Shown here piece by piece: positions 40,229-49,960 of a stretch of DNA of 64,000 nt. The notes beneath the pieces were generated by a model, which was given only the letters and a program-made list of their open reading frames with translations, did no database searches and had not been told where the DNA came from. Within the stretch, counting starts at the first letter, position 1; the number at the start of each line of letters is the position of its first letter. The stretch is from Desulfurivibrionaceae bacterium. GTDB lineage: Bacteria > Desulfobacterota > Desulfobulbia > Desulfobulbales > UBA5123. The position numbers and the translations under genes were made by a program. Location: the NCBI GenBank assembly GCA_030145325.1, contig JAQYVW010000009.1, forward strand, positions 473 to 64,472, written 5' to 3'.

Positions 40229-42553
40229 ATGAGCAGCGAAATGGATCTTGATGCCCTGCATGGCTTTCTCGATGAGTCAAGCGACTCCATGCAAGGCATT
40301 GAAGCAGACTTTATCGATCTCGAAAGAGATCCGACCAATATGGAGATCATCAACCGGATATTCCGCCCCATTCACAGCCTGAAAGGGAACTCCGGCTTCT
40401 TCGGCCTAACCAACATCAACAAATTCGCCCACCGCTTGGAAAACCTTCTCGACACCGTCAGACGAGGTGAACTTGCGATCACCAAAGAGATCATCGACAC
40501 CCTTCTCATCGGTGCAGATTTTCTTCGCCAAATGGTGGAACGGGTCTATGAGGACCCCACCGACGTCCTTTTGCGTGACAACGAAGAAGAGTTTTTAGGC
40601 AAGGTCGAACAATTCAAACCGGAAAAACCAACCGGCTCAATTGAGAGCATCCTGACCCTTGAAAAACTCGTCAACGAGGCGATGGATCACGGCATCTCCC
40701 CCACGGACAACACGTTAATCAGTACCCTGCTGGGAAAAATCGAAAAAGCCAACCAAGAAATCAAGCTCATCCTCAGTGACGTCAAAAACGCCGACTCCAC
40801 TGCCAAGCGATCCACCGCCGCCGCTTATATGATTGGTGATGAGGATCACTCCGCAGTGGTCAAACCGCTGCTTGATGTTGCAAGCCAAATGGACAAAAGA
40901 GCAACGGTTGACCGCCAACTCCTAGCTGAGTTCGAAAAATCCCTGGTCACCCTGAACGAGCTTCTTAAAGACGACAGTGACGCCGCCCATGAGTTAGAAG
41001 AACTGCAATCCATGAGCAACTTTCTTGACGATGAATTACTCATCACCAGCCAAGAATTCACCTCATCGACCACAGCATCCATTGATGCCGTTCTGAGCAA
41101 ATTCGACATCGTCAAAACCGAAAGCAAAGATATCGAAGCTGAATCATTTGGCAAGCTCGGAGAAATCCTTATCTCCCAAGACAAGGTCTCACCGGAACAA
41201 CTCACCGATGCGCTTAAAAAACAGAAGAAAGTTGGTGAAATACTGGTGGACGATGGCATTCTCAAGGACCAAGACCTCAAGGAAGCATTAACCATCCAGC
41301 AAAAAAATGCCTTGGCAGAGCATACCAAAAATGAACCTGTTGCTCGCGAAGTTAAAAAAACCATCCGTATCGATCAAGACAAGCTGGACAGTTTTGCCAA
41401 CTTCGTCGGCGAGCTGTTTATCAATATCGATTCTTTCAGCTTCCTGAAAAAGCAATTGGAAGAAACCGACGTCGACTTTGACCTCATGGCCCGCTTCACC
41501 AATACCATCACCTCCCTTGACGAGATGGTGGACACCCTGCAAGAAAGCATCATGGGGATCAGAAAGGTGCCCATCGACACCCTATTCAAACGCTTCCCCC
41601 GCGTAATCCGCCAACTAGCAGGCTCACTGAACAAGGATATCAACTTCAAAATCGTTGGCGAAGATACCGTCATCGACAAAGATCTGCTGGAAAAAATCGA
41701 GAATCCACTGGTCCATATGCTGCGAAATTCGGTGGATCATGGCATCGAAACGCCCGAAGAACGAACCAACAACAACAAGTCTGGCACCGGCACCTTGGAA
41801 CTGAAAGCGGCGGTGGATGAAAATTATGTTTATATCACCATCAACGATGACGGTAAGGGCATTGACCCGCAGATCATCAAGAAAGTGGCGCTGAAGAAAG
41901 AGCTCATCACCCCGGAAGAAGCTGAACAGATGCCAGACAAGGAGTTGATCAACCTCATCTTCAAACCGGGCTTCAGTTTAGCCGAAAAAATCAGCGATGT
42001 CTCAGGACGCGGCGTCGGCATGGATGTGGTGCAGTCGGTATTAAAAGAAACCAGCGGCACGGTGGAGGTAAACTCGGTAATTGACCAAGGCACTAAGGTT
42101 ACGATTAAGATTCCGTTAACCAAAACCCTGGTTGCCAAGGAGGCAATGATTGTTTCCGCTTATGAGCGAACACTGGCCATCCCCTCCGAGGATATTACCG
42201 CCACCATTGAAGCTAAGGACGAGGAAGCAACAAGACTTTTTTCCGGCGACAATTGTATCCAATACCACGGCGCGATTTATCAAGTCATCGATCTTGGCGC
42301 TTTCCTATTCCCCAAAACCATCCGCCAGCGACAAGATGCAGACCGGCATGTTATTATTGTCAGTGAAAAACATAACATCGCCCTATTAGTTGACGAAGTA
42401 TTGAGCCACCAAAAAATTGTCGTCAAAAACTTCACCGGCGGGTACAAAGCTTTAGACAGGGTCCGAGGCATCAACGGCTTTACAATCTTGGGTAACGAGG
42501 ATATTATCCTCATTGCCGATGTACAAAATATTACCGCCCACGCTGTTGATTAA
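40229..42553 (+). CDS. cheA: CheA-type histidine kinase 1 (Hpt, MshEN-like motif pair, dimerisation, HATPase, CheW-like)
   Basis: It has Hpt (FRPIHSLKGNSGFFGL), a P3 region (IRIDQDKLDSFANFVGEL), a kinase core (HMLRNSVDHGIE, DDGKGID, GRGVGMDVV) and a C-terminal CheW-like domain. The LGEILI.../VGEILV... tandem motif lies at aa 309-358. Confidence 0.9.
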   Translation: MSSEMDLDALHGFLDESSDSMQGIEADFIDLERDPTNMEIINRIFRPIHSLKGNSGFFGLTNINKFAHRLENLLDTVRRGELAITKEIIDTLLIGADFLRQMVERVYEDPTDVLLRDNEEEFLGKVEQFKPEKPTGSIESILTLEKLVNEAMDHGISPTDNTLISTLLGKIEKANQEIKLILSDVKNADSTAKRSTAAAYMIGDEDHSAVVKPLLDVASQMDKRATVDRQLLAEFEKSLVTLNELLKDDSDAAHELEELQSMSNFLDDELLITSQEFTSSTTASIDAVLSKFDIVKTESKDIEAESFGKLGEILISQDKVSPEQLTDALKKQKKVGEILVDDGILKDQDLKEALTIQQKNALAEHTKNEPVAREVKKTIRIDQDKLDSFANFVGELFINIDSFSFLKKQLEETDVDFDLMARFTNTITSLDEMVDTLQESIMGIRKVPIDTLFKRFPRVIRQLAGSLNKDINFKIVGEDTVIDKDLLEKIENPLVHMLRNSVDHGIETPEERTNNNKSGTGTLELKAAVDENYVYITINDDGKGIDPQIIKKVALKKELITPEEAEQMPDKELINLIFKPGFSLAEKISDVSGRGVGMDVVQSVLKETSGTVEVNSVIDQGTKVTIKIPLTKTLVAKEAMIVSAYERTLAIPSEDITATIEAKDEEATRLFSGDNCIQYHGAIYQVIDLGAFLFPKTIRQRQDADRHVIIVSEKHNIALLVDEVLSHQKIVVKNFTGGYKALDRVRGINGFTILGNEDIILIADVQNITAHAVD

Positions 42554-42733
42554 AGTCAAGGCGACAACACTCAACGGTTATGTTAAATACTTAAACACCT
42601 CTGACACTCATAACACGATGTGTTGCGAGCAACCGAAACAAAGAACTTCGCAATACTTATTTACGAAATAAACAAACCGGATCAGCACATTATAACCAAG
42701 ATCCTCCAGTAAACATATTCACCAGGCCATTTC

Positions 42734-44047
42734 ATGGGAACAATGGAATCAGATATTTTCAAGGAAGAAGCTTATGATCTTCTTGATGATATAGAAGAAG
42801 CACTCCTTGAATTACGTGACAACCCCGCTGACAGCGAACTAATTAACCGCCTATTCCGCGCCTTTCATACCATCAAGGGATCGGGGGCCATGTTCGGCTT
42901 CAAAGAGGTGTCAAAATTCACCCATGAGGTGGAAACCGCCATCGACAAAATCCGCGAAGGGACCGGGGTGGTGCCGGACGCACTGCGCGAAGTCCTTCTC
43001 ACCGCTCGCGACCAGATCCTCGCCATGATCGAGACGGAAGACCCTGACGCCCCAGAGATTCAGGAAGCGGCACAACTCATCCTCAAGCAACTGGCGCCTG
43101 CTGTCTCAGCAAAAGAAGCGCCACCCGTACAGCAGCCCCCCACCCCCAAGCCTGAACCTGCCGCCGCCCCGCCCGTTATTGCCACGGAAATGCCGACAGT
43201 CCCAAAAACAGAGCCCAAAATCAATAAAGATCCGGACCCTGAAACGCAAGCGCTGCTAACCGAACTTGCAGAACTACTCAATGAAGTTCGAGACTTGTTA
43301 CAAAAACTGCACGAAGAACCCGGCGCCAATAAACTTTGCAAAAAGCTCCACCGATCAATTCATACCGTTGCCGGCACAGCGGCCATGTATGACATGGAAG
43401 CCCTTGCCGAATTCAGCAACAAACTTACCGATATCACTGCCACCATCAAACAAGCTGAAGAACCAGTCAATGATGAAGTGTTAAAAGTACTCACCGCAGC
43501 TATCGACCACTGCTTTTCCCTTCTCCGTTCCACCGACCCATCGGGGCAGGTTCTACAAAGACGCTCAGGCAAAATTACCACCGAACTTGAAGCAATGGTC
43601 AACAAAGACCAAACCAGTATCGGAACAGCGCCGGAAACTTTACGATTCCTTATTGTTGAAGACGAATTCATTAGCCGTTACCTTCTCCAAGAATTCCTGA
43701 CTCCATACGGTAATAGCCATGTTGCCATAGACGGTTACGAGGCTGTCTTGGCTTTTAAAAACGCCATTATCGAAAAGAAACCATACAATATCGTCTGTCT
43801 CGATATCATGATGCCGGGACTTGATGGTCGACAAGTGGCCAAAGAAATTCGCCGCCTGGAAAAAGAAATGGGCAACAACAATTTCTGCAAGATAGTAATG
43901 ACCACGGCTTTAGACGACGAAAGCATCAAGAACGAGTTATTGTCAGATAAACGGTGTGATGCCTATCTGACCAAACCCATACGATTTGAAGACCTTGACC
44001 AATTAATAAAATCATACTTTCCAGACTTCAATACGACAAATAGCTAA
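42734..44047 (+). CDS. Hpt-Hpt-REC phosphorelay protein
   Basis: It has two Hpt signatures (FRAFHTIKGSGAMFGF; HRSIHTVAGTAAMYDM) separated by a Pro-rich linker. A C-terminal receiver follows (FLIVEDEF...DIMMPGLDG...TKP). Confidence 0.85.
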   Translation: MGTMESDIFKEEAYDLLDDIEEALLELRDNPADSELINRLFRAFHTIKGSGAMFGFKEVSKFTHEVETAIDKIREGTGVVPDALREVLLTARDQILAMIETEDPDAPEIQEAAQLILKQLAPAVSAKEAPPVQQPPTPKPEPAAAPPVIATEMPTVPKTEPKINKDPDPETQALLTELAELLNEVRDLLQKLHEEPGANKLCKKLHRSIHTVAGTAAMYDMEALAEFSNKLTDITATIKQAEEPVNDEVLKVLTAAIDHCFSLLRSTDPSGQVLQRRSGKITTELEAMVNKDQTSIGTAPETLRFLIVEDEFISRYLLQEFLTPYGNSHVAIDGYEAVLAFKNAIIEKKPYNIVCLDIMMPGLDGRQVAKEIRRLEKEMGNNNFCKIVMTTALDDESIKNELLSDKRCDAYLTKPIRFEDLDQLIKSYFPDFNTTNS

Positions 44048-44190
44048 CAATCACGACAACCTTTAAGGTAGCCAAAGAATTAACATGTTATAGACTTCCA
44101 AATCAATTACCATACCAGTAAGAGCTACCATTCCAATTAGTATTGATATCAGCAAGCATCGCTGACAAAAATGGCAAAAGGTGAACAAAC

Positions 44191-46500
44191 ATGTCCGACA
44201 AGCTGACGGATGAACAAGTAGAGATCATTGAAGAGTTCATTTGTGAAGTCCGCGACCTGATAGAGACTGCGGAGTCCGATATAATCGGTTTATCCTCCAT
44301 TTACAAAAACAATGAGTCCCAAACCTCAACCGAAAACCTAAAAACTCTTCACACCATCTTTCGTTGCTTCCATTCCATCAAGGGTGGCGCAGCCTTCCTG
44401 CAGTTCAACAATATGGTCACTTGCGCGCACAGCGCGGAAAATCTTCTCGATCTACTCCGAAATGATGAAATAACCCTTCTGCCAGGGCATATCGATCTGC
44501 TCTGCCAAGCCTGCGACTTCATCTCGATTGCTCTGGAACAACTTGAAACCAACCTCAATGATCACGAGCTCACAGAGCAAGCTAACGCCATCCACGATAA
44601 ATTTGAACGCGCCATCGCTGGTATCCCAGAACCGGAAGAATCCCCATCTGAGAACGAAAGCAATGACGACAGTTTATTAATCAATCTTGACCTCAACCCT
44701 TCTCAACTTATCAACCCGGACACACTTCACCATTTCATCGAGGAGTCCAGGGAACTTATTCAGAAAAGCGAAGCGGCTTTACTTGACTGGAGCAAAAACC
44801 CTAACGACTCCGACCCAGAACTAGTTGCGCAACTTTTTCGCAACATTCACAGCATTAAAGGCAACAGCGGTTTTCTCGGATTCTCCGACATGGAGCGCTT
44901 GGCCCACGGGATGGAGAACCTCCTTGATGCTGCCAGAGAAGGCGCCGCCATTAACCGCGGCAAAGCAGCAGAGACCCTCTTGGGGCTTGTAGACATAATC
45001 AGTCATGCCATGGAAGATATCGCCCAGGGAGAAGAATGTAAAATCAAAGGCATAGGCCTTCATCTCGAGGCATTGGCTGATCTTCTCCCCGACACCCCTT
45101 CCTCCAATGTACCGTTACCAAAACTTGGTGAAATTCTTGTCGATCAAGGCGTTGTCAGTGAAGACGCCCTGGAAAATGCCTTGGATGTCCAGAATAAACC
45201 TCTCGGTGAAATCCTGGTCGAAACCGGCGCAGCCACAGAAGAGCAAGTCGCGCAGGCCGTGCAAACTCAGAAGAAACAAGCAATCGTCCCAGGCAAGGCC
45301 ACAAAAACAACCGCTCGTCAGGACATCCGAGTTGACCTCGGCAAACTTGACAGTCTCATCAACCTCATCGGCGAAATGGTTATTGCTGAAAATATGTTGA
45401 TCAACAACCCTGATCTGCAAGATCTGGAATTGGAAAATTTCAACAAAGCCGGCCAGCACATGGACAAAATCATCCGTGAATTACAGGAAATGGCCATGTT
45501 TATCCGCATGGTGCCGGTGGCAGGCCTCTTTCGGCGCATGACCCGGCTGGTACATGATCTTTCCCGAAAATCCGGCAAAAAAGTTGACCTGCAACTGGTT
45601 GGAGAGACCACCGAGGTCGACAAAACGGTTATCGAATTAATTACTGACCCCCTGGTTCACCTTCTTCGCAACTCCATGGATCACGGCCTTGAGCCCCCAG
45701 AGGAACGCTTGCAAGCAGGCAAAAAAGATACCGGGATTCTACGTTTGTCCGCAACCCATGAAGAAGGCGAAGTCCTGATCACCATCACCGATGATGGGCG
45801 GGGGTTGAACAGAGAAAAAATCATCGCTAAAGCCATGGAAAAAGGTGTCCTTGACGATGATGGATCTCAGATGAGCGATTCAGATGTCTTTAACCTCATT
45901 TTCCTGCCCGGCTTTTCCACCGCCGACCAGGTTACCGATGTTTCTGGTCGCGGTGTTGGGATGGATGTGGTTCGCAAGAACCTTGAAAAGATCAAGGGCA
46001 AAATTGAAATTAAGAGCAAGCAAGGGGGCGGCACCACCATTATCTTGCGCATTCCGCTGACCCTGGCAATCATCGACGGGATGATGATCCGGGTGGGCAC
46101 TGCGCTATACATCGTGCCGCTTCTCTCAATCCGCGAATCATTCCGTCCCAGCCACGAATTGATTACCGTTTCTCCAGATGGTCAAGAACTGGCCAAGGTA
46201 CGCGAGAACCTGCTGCCGGTGGTGAGACTCCACGATCTTCACAAAATCAGCCCAGACTTCGATGAACTAGACAAAGGTATCCTCATTGTCCTTGAAGGCC
46301 AGGATCTTAATTTTTGCCTTTTTGTCGACGAAATCATGGGTCAGCAACAGACGGTTATCAAAGGTCTATCAGAATACATCTCCGTACTTGGCAATGTCGG
46401 CGGTGTTTCCGGCTGCACCATTCTCGGCAATGGCGATGTCTGCCTGATCCTTGATGTACATTCATTGGTGGATGTCGCTCTCAGCGATAACGAAGAGTGA
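44191..46500 (+). CDS. cheA: CheA-type histidine kinase 2 (two Hpt domains, MshEN-like motif pair, dimerisation, HATPase, CheW-like)
   Basis: It has Hpt1 (FRCFHSIKGGAAFLQF), Hpt2 (FRNIHSIKGNSGFLGF), a P3 region (IRVDLGKLDSLINLIGEM), a kinase core (HLLRNSMDHGLE, DDGRGL, GRGVGMDVV) and a CheW-like C-terminus. The tandem LGEILV motif lies at aa 311-360. Confidence 0.9.
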   Translation: MSDKLTDEQVEIIEEFICEVRDLIETAESDIIGLSSIYKNNESQTSTENLKTLHTIFRCFHSIKGGAAFLQFNNMVTCAHSAENLLDLLRNDEITLLPGHIDLLCQACDFISIALEQLETNLNDHELTEQANAIHDKFERAIAGIPEPEESPSENESNDDSLLINLDLNPSQLINPDTLHHFIEESRELIQKSEAALLDWSKNPNDSDPELVAQLFRNIHSIKGNSGFLGFSDMERLAHGMENLLDAAREGAAINRGKAAETLLGLVDIISHAMEDIAQGEECKIKGIGLHLEALADLLPDTPSSNVPLPKLGEILVDQGVVSEDALENALDVQNKPLGEILVETGAATEEQVAQAVQTQKKQAIVPGKATKTTARQDIRVDLGKLDSLINLIGEMVIAENMLINNPDLQDLELENFNKAGQHMDKIIRELQEMAMFIRMVPVAGLFRRMTRLVHDLSRKSGKKVDLQLVGETTEVDKTVIELITDPLVHLLRNSMDHGLEPPEERLQAGKKDTGILRLSATHEEGEVLITITDDGRGLNREKIIAKAMEKGVLDDDGSQMSDSDVFNLIFLPGFSTADQVTDVSGRGVGMDVVRKNLEKIKGKIEIKSKQGGGTTIILRIPLTLAIIDGMMIRVGTALYIVPLLSIRESFRPSHELITVSPDGQELAKVRENLLPVVRLHDLHKISPDFDELDKGILIVLEGQDLNFCLFVDEIMGQQQTVIKGLSEYISVLGNVGGVSGCTILGNGDVCLILDVHSLVDVALSDNEE

Positions 46501-46668
46501 TTCACCCGCATCGCACGTCCCTCCCCGCCCTCCACACTACAAAGCTGTAAACATCCCACGACTTTGTTAACAATTACGTAACACTCACCCCACACCTTTC
46601 TCGCTCGCCCCTTCACCCTACGTATAAAAAGTTCCTAATTACAACACAATGAGATGGCTGTTCCAGCC

Positions 46669-46685
46669 TGGCACATTTCGTGCAT
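46669..46685 (+). promoter_or_regulatory. Putative sigma-54 (-24/-12) promoter for MCP-1
   Basis: The sequence is TGGCACATTTCGTGCAT. GG and GC are separated by exactly 10 nt, as in the TGGCAC-N5-TTGCW consensus. It lies about 110 nt upstream of the MCP-1 ATG. Confidence 0.55.
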
Positions 46686-46794
46686 TTCCTTCTCAAGTTC
46701 GAGGAAGATGCTCAATCACCTTCACTGGTCTAAAAAATGGCATCGTCAAAACAAAAAAGCCATTACCGGCCTTTCATTTTATGGAGAACTATTA

Positions 46795-49737
46795 ATGTTC
46801 AAGAATCTTAAACTTACCAAAAAACTCCTTATTGCTTTTCTCGGCGTAGGGCTAATCCCTTTTGCTGCCGTTGGCCTTACCGCTCTACTTAAAGCCAGTA
46901 GCGCCCTTGATCAGTCGGCATTTAATCAATTGCAGTCGGTTCAGGCAATCAAGAAAGCTCAGATCCAACGCTTCTTCACCGAGCGTAAAGGCGACATGGC
47001 CGTGTTACTGAATACCACTGCCGCTTTTGACGATGAGGTAAGCAGTAAAATTTACGCCATCCAAAACAACAAGAAAGAAGCGCTGGAACTGATCAGCCAG
47101 CAATGGTTCACCGATATCAAGATCCAGCAAGGTCAGGACATTTCCAGCAAAGGTTTGCCGCACTTCCAAAATTATCTCAAAACAGGCAAGAAATCGGCGC
47201 AATACAAACACTACGCCACGCAAGTTTCGCAATTCATGAAGGCCACCGGCTACTACGATTACTTTGTCATCGACAAATCCGGCCTTTGCGTCTTCACCGA
47301 CGCCAAGGAGGCGGATTACAAAACAAACCTTCTTAACGGCCCCTACAAAGACTCCGGCCTTGGAGTCGCCACCAAACGCGCCTTCAATGGAGAAACAGCC
47401 ATTGAAGATTTCGCTTCCTATGCACCCTCAAACGGCGCCCCAGCTGCTTTTATTGCTGCCCCGATCCGAAGAGGGAAAAACATCATCGGGGTTGTCGCCC
47501 TGCAAATCCCCCATGAAAAGGTGCAAGCCATTGTTGCCGAACGCACCGGCCTCGGCATAAGCGGCGAGGCTTACCTTGTGGGCAGAAAGGACGGCAAAAC
47601 CGGCTATCGCAGCAATCGCGTCATCAAGAACGGCAAGCTCGGCCAGGATAAAAATGGTGCCGACATCAACAAGGCGCTGGTAGGCGAAGCAGGGGTTCGC
47701 TTCAAGAAGGGCAGCACCGGCGACATGGAACTGGTCGCCTATACACCGGTTAAGATCCCCGGCCTTGACTGGGCTTTAATCACCTCCATGAGTCTCGAAG
47801 AGGCCATGGCTCACAAAGAAAAAGGCGATAAAGAGGATTACTTTGCAAAATACGTCAGGCAATACGGCTACTACGACCTCTTCCTGATTGAACCGGAAGG
47901 CAAGGTTTATTACTCGGTGACCCATGAGGCCGATTACGATACCAATATGATTAATGGCAAGTACGCCGATTCCGGGCTCGGTAAACTGGTCCGCCGGGTT
48001 ATTCAGGAAAAGAAATACGGGGTAGCAGACTTCGCCCCCTATGCACCCAGCAACAACGAACCAGCCGCTTTCATCGCCGCTCCTGTTTTTCGCAACGGCG
48101 AACTCCAACAGATCGTCGCCCTGCAACTGTCACTGGAGGCGATCAACAACATCATGCAGCAGCGTGAAGGGATGGGCGAAACCGGCGAGACTTATCTGGT
48201 TGGCCCGGACAAACTTATGCGTTCGGACTCCTTCCTTGACCCCACCAATCATTCGGTCAAAGCCTCGTTTGCCAACCCAACCACCGGCAGTGTCAACACC
48301 GAGGCCGCCCGCGAAGCACTGGCCGGACAGTCCGATTCTAAAATCATCATCGACTATAACGGCAATCCGGTTCTTTCCGCCTACACCCCACTGAAGGTTG
48401 GCGACAGCACCTGGGCAGTCATCGCCGAAATTGATGAAGCAGAGGCCTTTGCGGCCATCAACACCTTGAAATGGGTAATAGGTATCGTCTTTGTCGTCGG
48501 CATGGCCGCCATTATCGTCGTTGCCCTGACCATCACCCGTTCCATCACTCAGCCGGTGAGCAAAACCGTCCTCATGCTTGACGAGATGGCCAAGGGTCAC
48601 CTGGACAACCGACTAAACATGGATCGAGGCGACGAGATCGGCCAGATGGCTAAGACCATGGACTCTTTTGCCGATAGTTTGCAAAACGAAATGGTGGCAG
48701 CGCTGAACAAGCTGGCTGACGGCGACCTAACCTTTGATGCCAATCCACACGATGAGAATGACACCATCAGAAACTCGCTGAAAAAAACCGGTGACGACCT
48801 GAACAAACTGATCTCCGAAATCCTCACCGCCACCGAACAGATCGCCAGCGGTTCCGGCCAGGTTTCCGATTCCAGCCAGGCCCTCTCCCAAGGGGCGACA
48901 GAACAGGCGGCATCACTTGAGCAGATCACCAGCTCCATGACCGAGATGGGCTCACAAACCAGATTAAACGCCGAGAACGCCACCCAGGCCAATCAGTTAG
49001 CCAGCCAGACCAGGAGTGCAGCAGAAAGCGGCAATACGAAAATGCAGGAGATGGTCTCGGCCATGGGTGAAATCAACGAGGCGGGCCAAAGCATCTCCAA
49101 GATCATCAAGGTTATTGATGAGATTGCCTTTCAGACCAACCTACTGGCCTTGAACGCGGCAGTGGAAGCGGCCCGGGCCGGGCGTCATGGCAAGGGTTTT
49201 GCGGTGGTTGCAGAAGAGGTACGCAACCTGGCTGCCCGTAGCGCCAAGGCAGCTAAAGAAACCGCAGAGCTCATCGAAAGCTCGGTGGAAAAAACCAAGA
49301 ACGGCACCCAAATCGCCGAGGCGACCAGCGAGGCACTGGCCGAAATAGTCGGCTCGGTCACCAAGGTCACCGATCTTGTCGGCGAAATCGCTGCCGCTTC
49401 TAATGAGCAGGCGCAAGGAATCAACCAGACAAATCAGGCCTTGGGCCAGATCGATCAGGTAACCCAGCAGAACACCGCCAGCGCCGAAGAGAGCGCCGCT
49501 GCCTCGGAAGAGCTTTCCGGCCAGGCCATGCACATGAAAGAGATGATGAGCCGCTTCCGGGTCCGCGACATGGGCCAAGGAGGGATGCGCCAGCAACCCA
49601 TGTCACGGCAACAAAACGGCTGGGGAAACGCAACGCAACAACCACTGCCGCAACCACAGGCCCCAGGCCATTTACCCCGCCCCTTTGCGCCAAGTGAAAT
49701 AATAACCTTGGACGACAAGGAATTCGGTAAATATTAA
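46795..49737 (+). CDS. Methyl-accepting chemotaxis protein 1 (duplicated double-Cache-like periplasmic sensor, HAMP, MA domain)
   Basis: I set the start at the ATG at 46795, which has a GGAG Shine-Dalgarno 8 nt upstream and aligns with the MF(K/S)..KL..KLLIAFL N-termini of the other two MCPs. The signalling hairpin is [21 protein letters not shown]. The ORF-track start at 46654 adds 47 non-homologous residues. Confidence 0.9.
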   Translation: MFKNLKLTKKLLIAFLGVGLIPFAAVGLTALLKASSALDQSAFNQLQSVQAIKKAQIQRFFTERKGDMAVLLNTTAAFDDEVSSKIYAIQNNKKEALELISQQWFTDIKIQQGQDISSKGLPHFQNYLKTGKKSAQYKHYATQVSQFMKATGYYDYFVIDKSGLCVFTDAKEADYKTNLLNGPYKDSGLGVATKRAFNGETAIEDFASYAPSNGAPAAFIAAPIRRGKNIIGVVALQIPHEKVQAIVAERTGLGISGEAYLVGRKDGKTGYRSNRVIKNGKLGQDKNGADINKALVGEAGVRFKKGSTGDMELVAYTPVKIPGLDWALITSMSLEEAMAHKEKGDKEDYFAKYVRQYGYYDLFLIEPEGKVYYSVTHEADYDTNMINGKYADSGLGKLVRRVIQEKKYGVADFAPYAPSNNEPAAFIAAPVFRNGELQQIVALQLSLEAINNIMQQREGMGETGETYLVGPDKLMRSDSFLDPTNHSVKASFANPTTGSVNTEAAREALAGQSDSKIIIDYNGNPVLSAYTPLKVGDSTWAVIAEIDEAEAFAAINTLKWVIGIVFVVGMAAIIVVALTITRSITQPVSKTVLMLDEMAKGHLDNRLNMDRGDEIGQMAKTMDSFADSLQNEMVAALNKLADGDLTFDANPHDENDTIRNSLKKTGDDLNKLISEILTATEQIASGSGQVSDSSQALSQGATEQAASLEQITSSMTEMGSQTRLNAENATQANQLASQTRSAAESGNTKMQEMVSAMGEINEAGQSISKIIKVIDEIAFQTNLLALNAAVEAARAGRHGKGFAVVAEEVRNLAARSAKAAKETAELIESSVEKTKNGTQIAEATSEALAEIVGSVTKVTDLVGEIAAASNEQAQGINQTNQALGQIDQVTQQNTASAEESAAASEELSGQAMHMKEMMSRFRVRDMGQGGMRQQPMSRQQNGWGNATQQPLPQPQAPGHLPRPFAPSEIITLDDKEFGKY

Positions 49738-49762
49738 TCGCTATAATAGCGAATGTTTCCAA

Positions 49763-49797
49763 ATGGCGTCCCTAGGTTCAGGGACGCCATTTTTTTT
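49763..49797 (+). terminator. Rho-independent terminator after MCP-1
   Basis: ATGGCGTCCCT pairs with AGGGACGCCAT in an 11-bp stem with a 6-nt loop, followed by T7. Confidence 0.85.
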
Positions 49798-49931
49798 AAT
49801 TTTTTTCTATCAAATAACTACCCAAAAGCGTTCAACAAAAGTGTACACATCTATTCAATTTTGTTGAACATTCACCTTACGCCTAACAATGCACATATGC
49901 ACAACACCTTTAAATCATTGTAAAAAATAAT

Positions 49932-49960
49932 TTGACAGCTTTACAACAGTTACTGATAAT
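49932..49960 (+). promoter_or_regulatory. Putative sigma-70-type promoter of cheW-mcp cassette 1
   Basis: TTGACA (49932-49937), a 17-nt spacer, then GATAAT (49955-49960). The block is conserved in cassette 2. Confidence 0.55.

Noticed and set aside
46654-46794. 47-codon N-terminal extension of MCP-1 in the ORF track
   Set aside because: The extension has no counterpart in MCP-2 or MCP-3 and contains the putative sigma-54 promoter. The ATG at 46795 has a GGAG Shine-Dalgarno and restores the conserved MF..LKL..KLLIAFL N-terminus.
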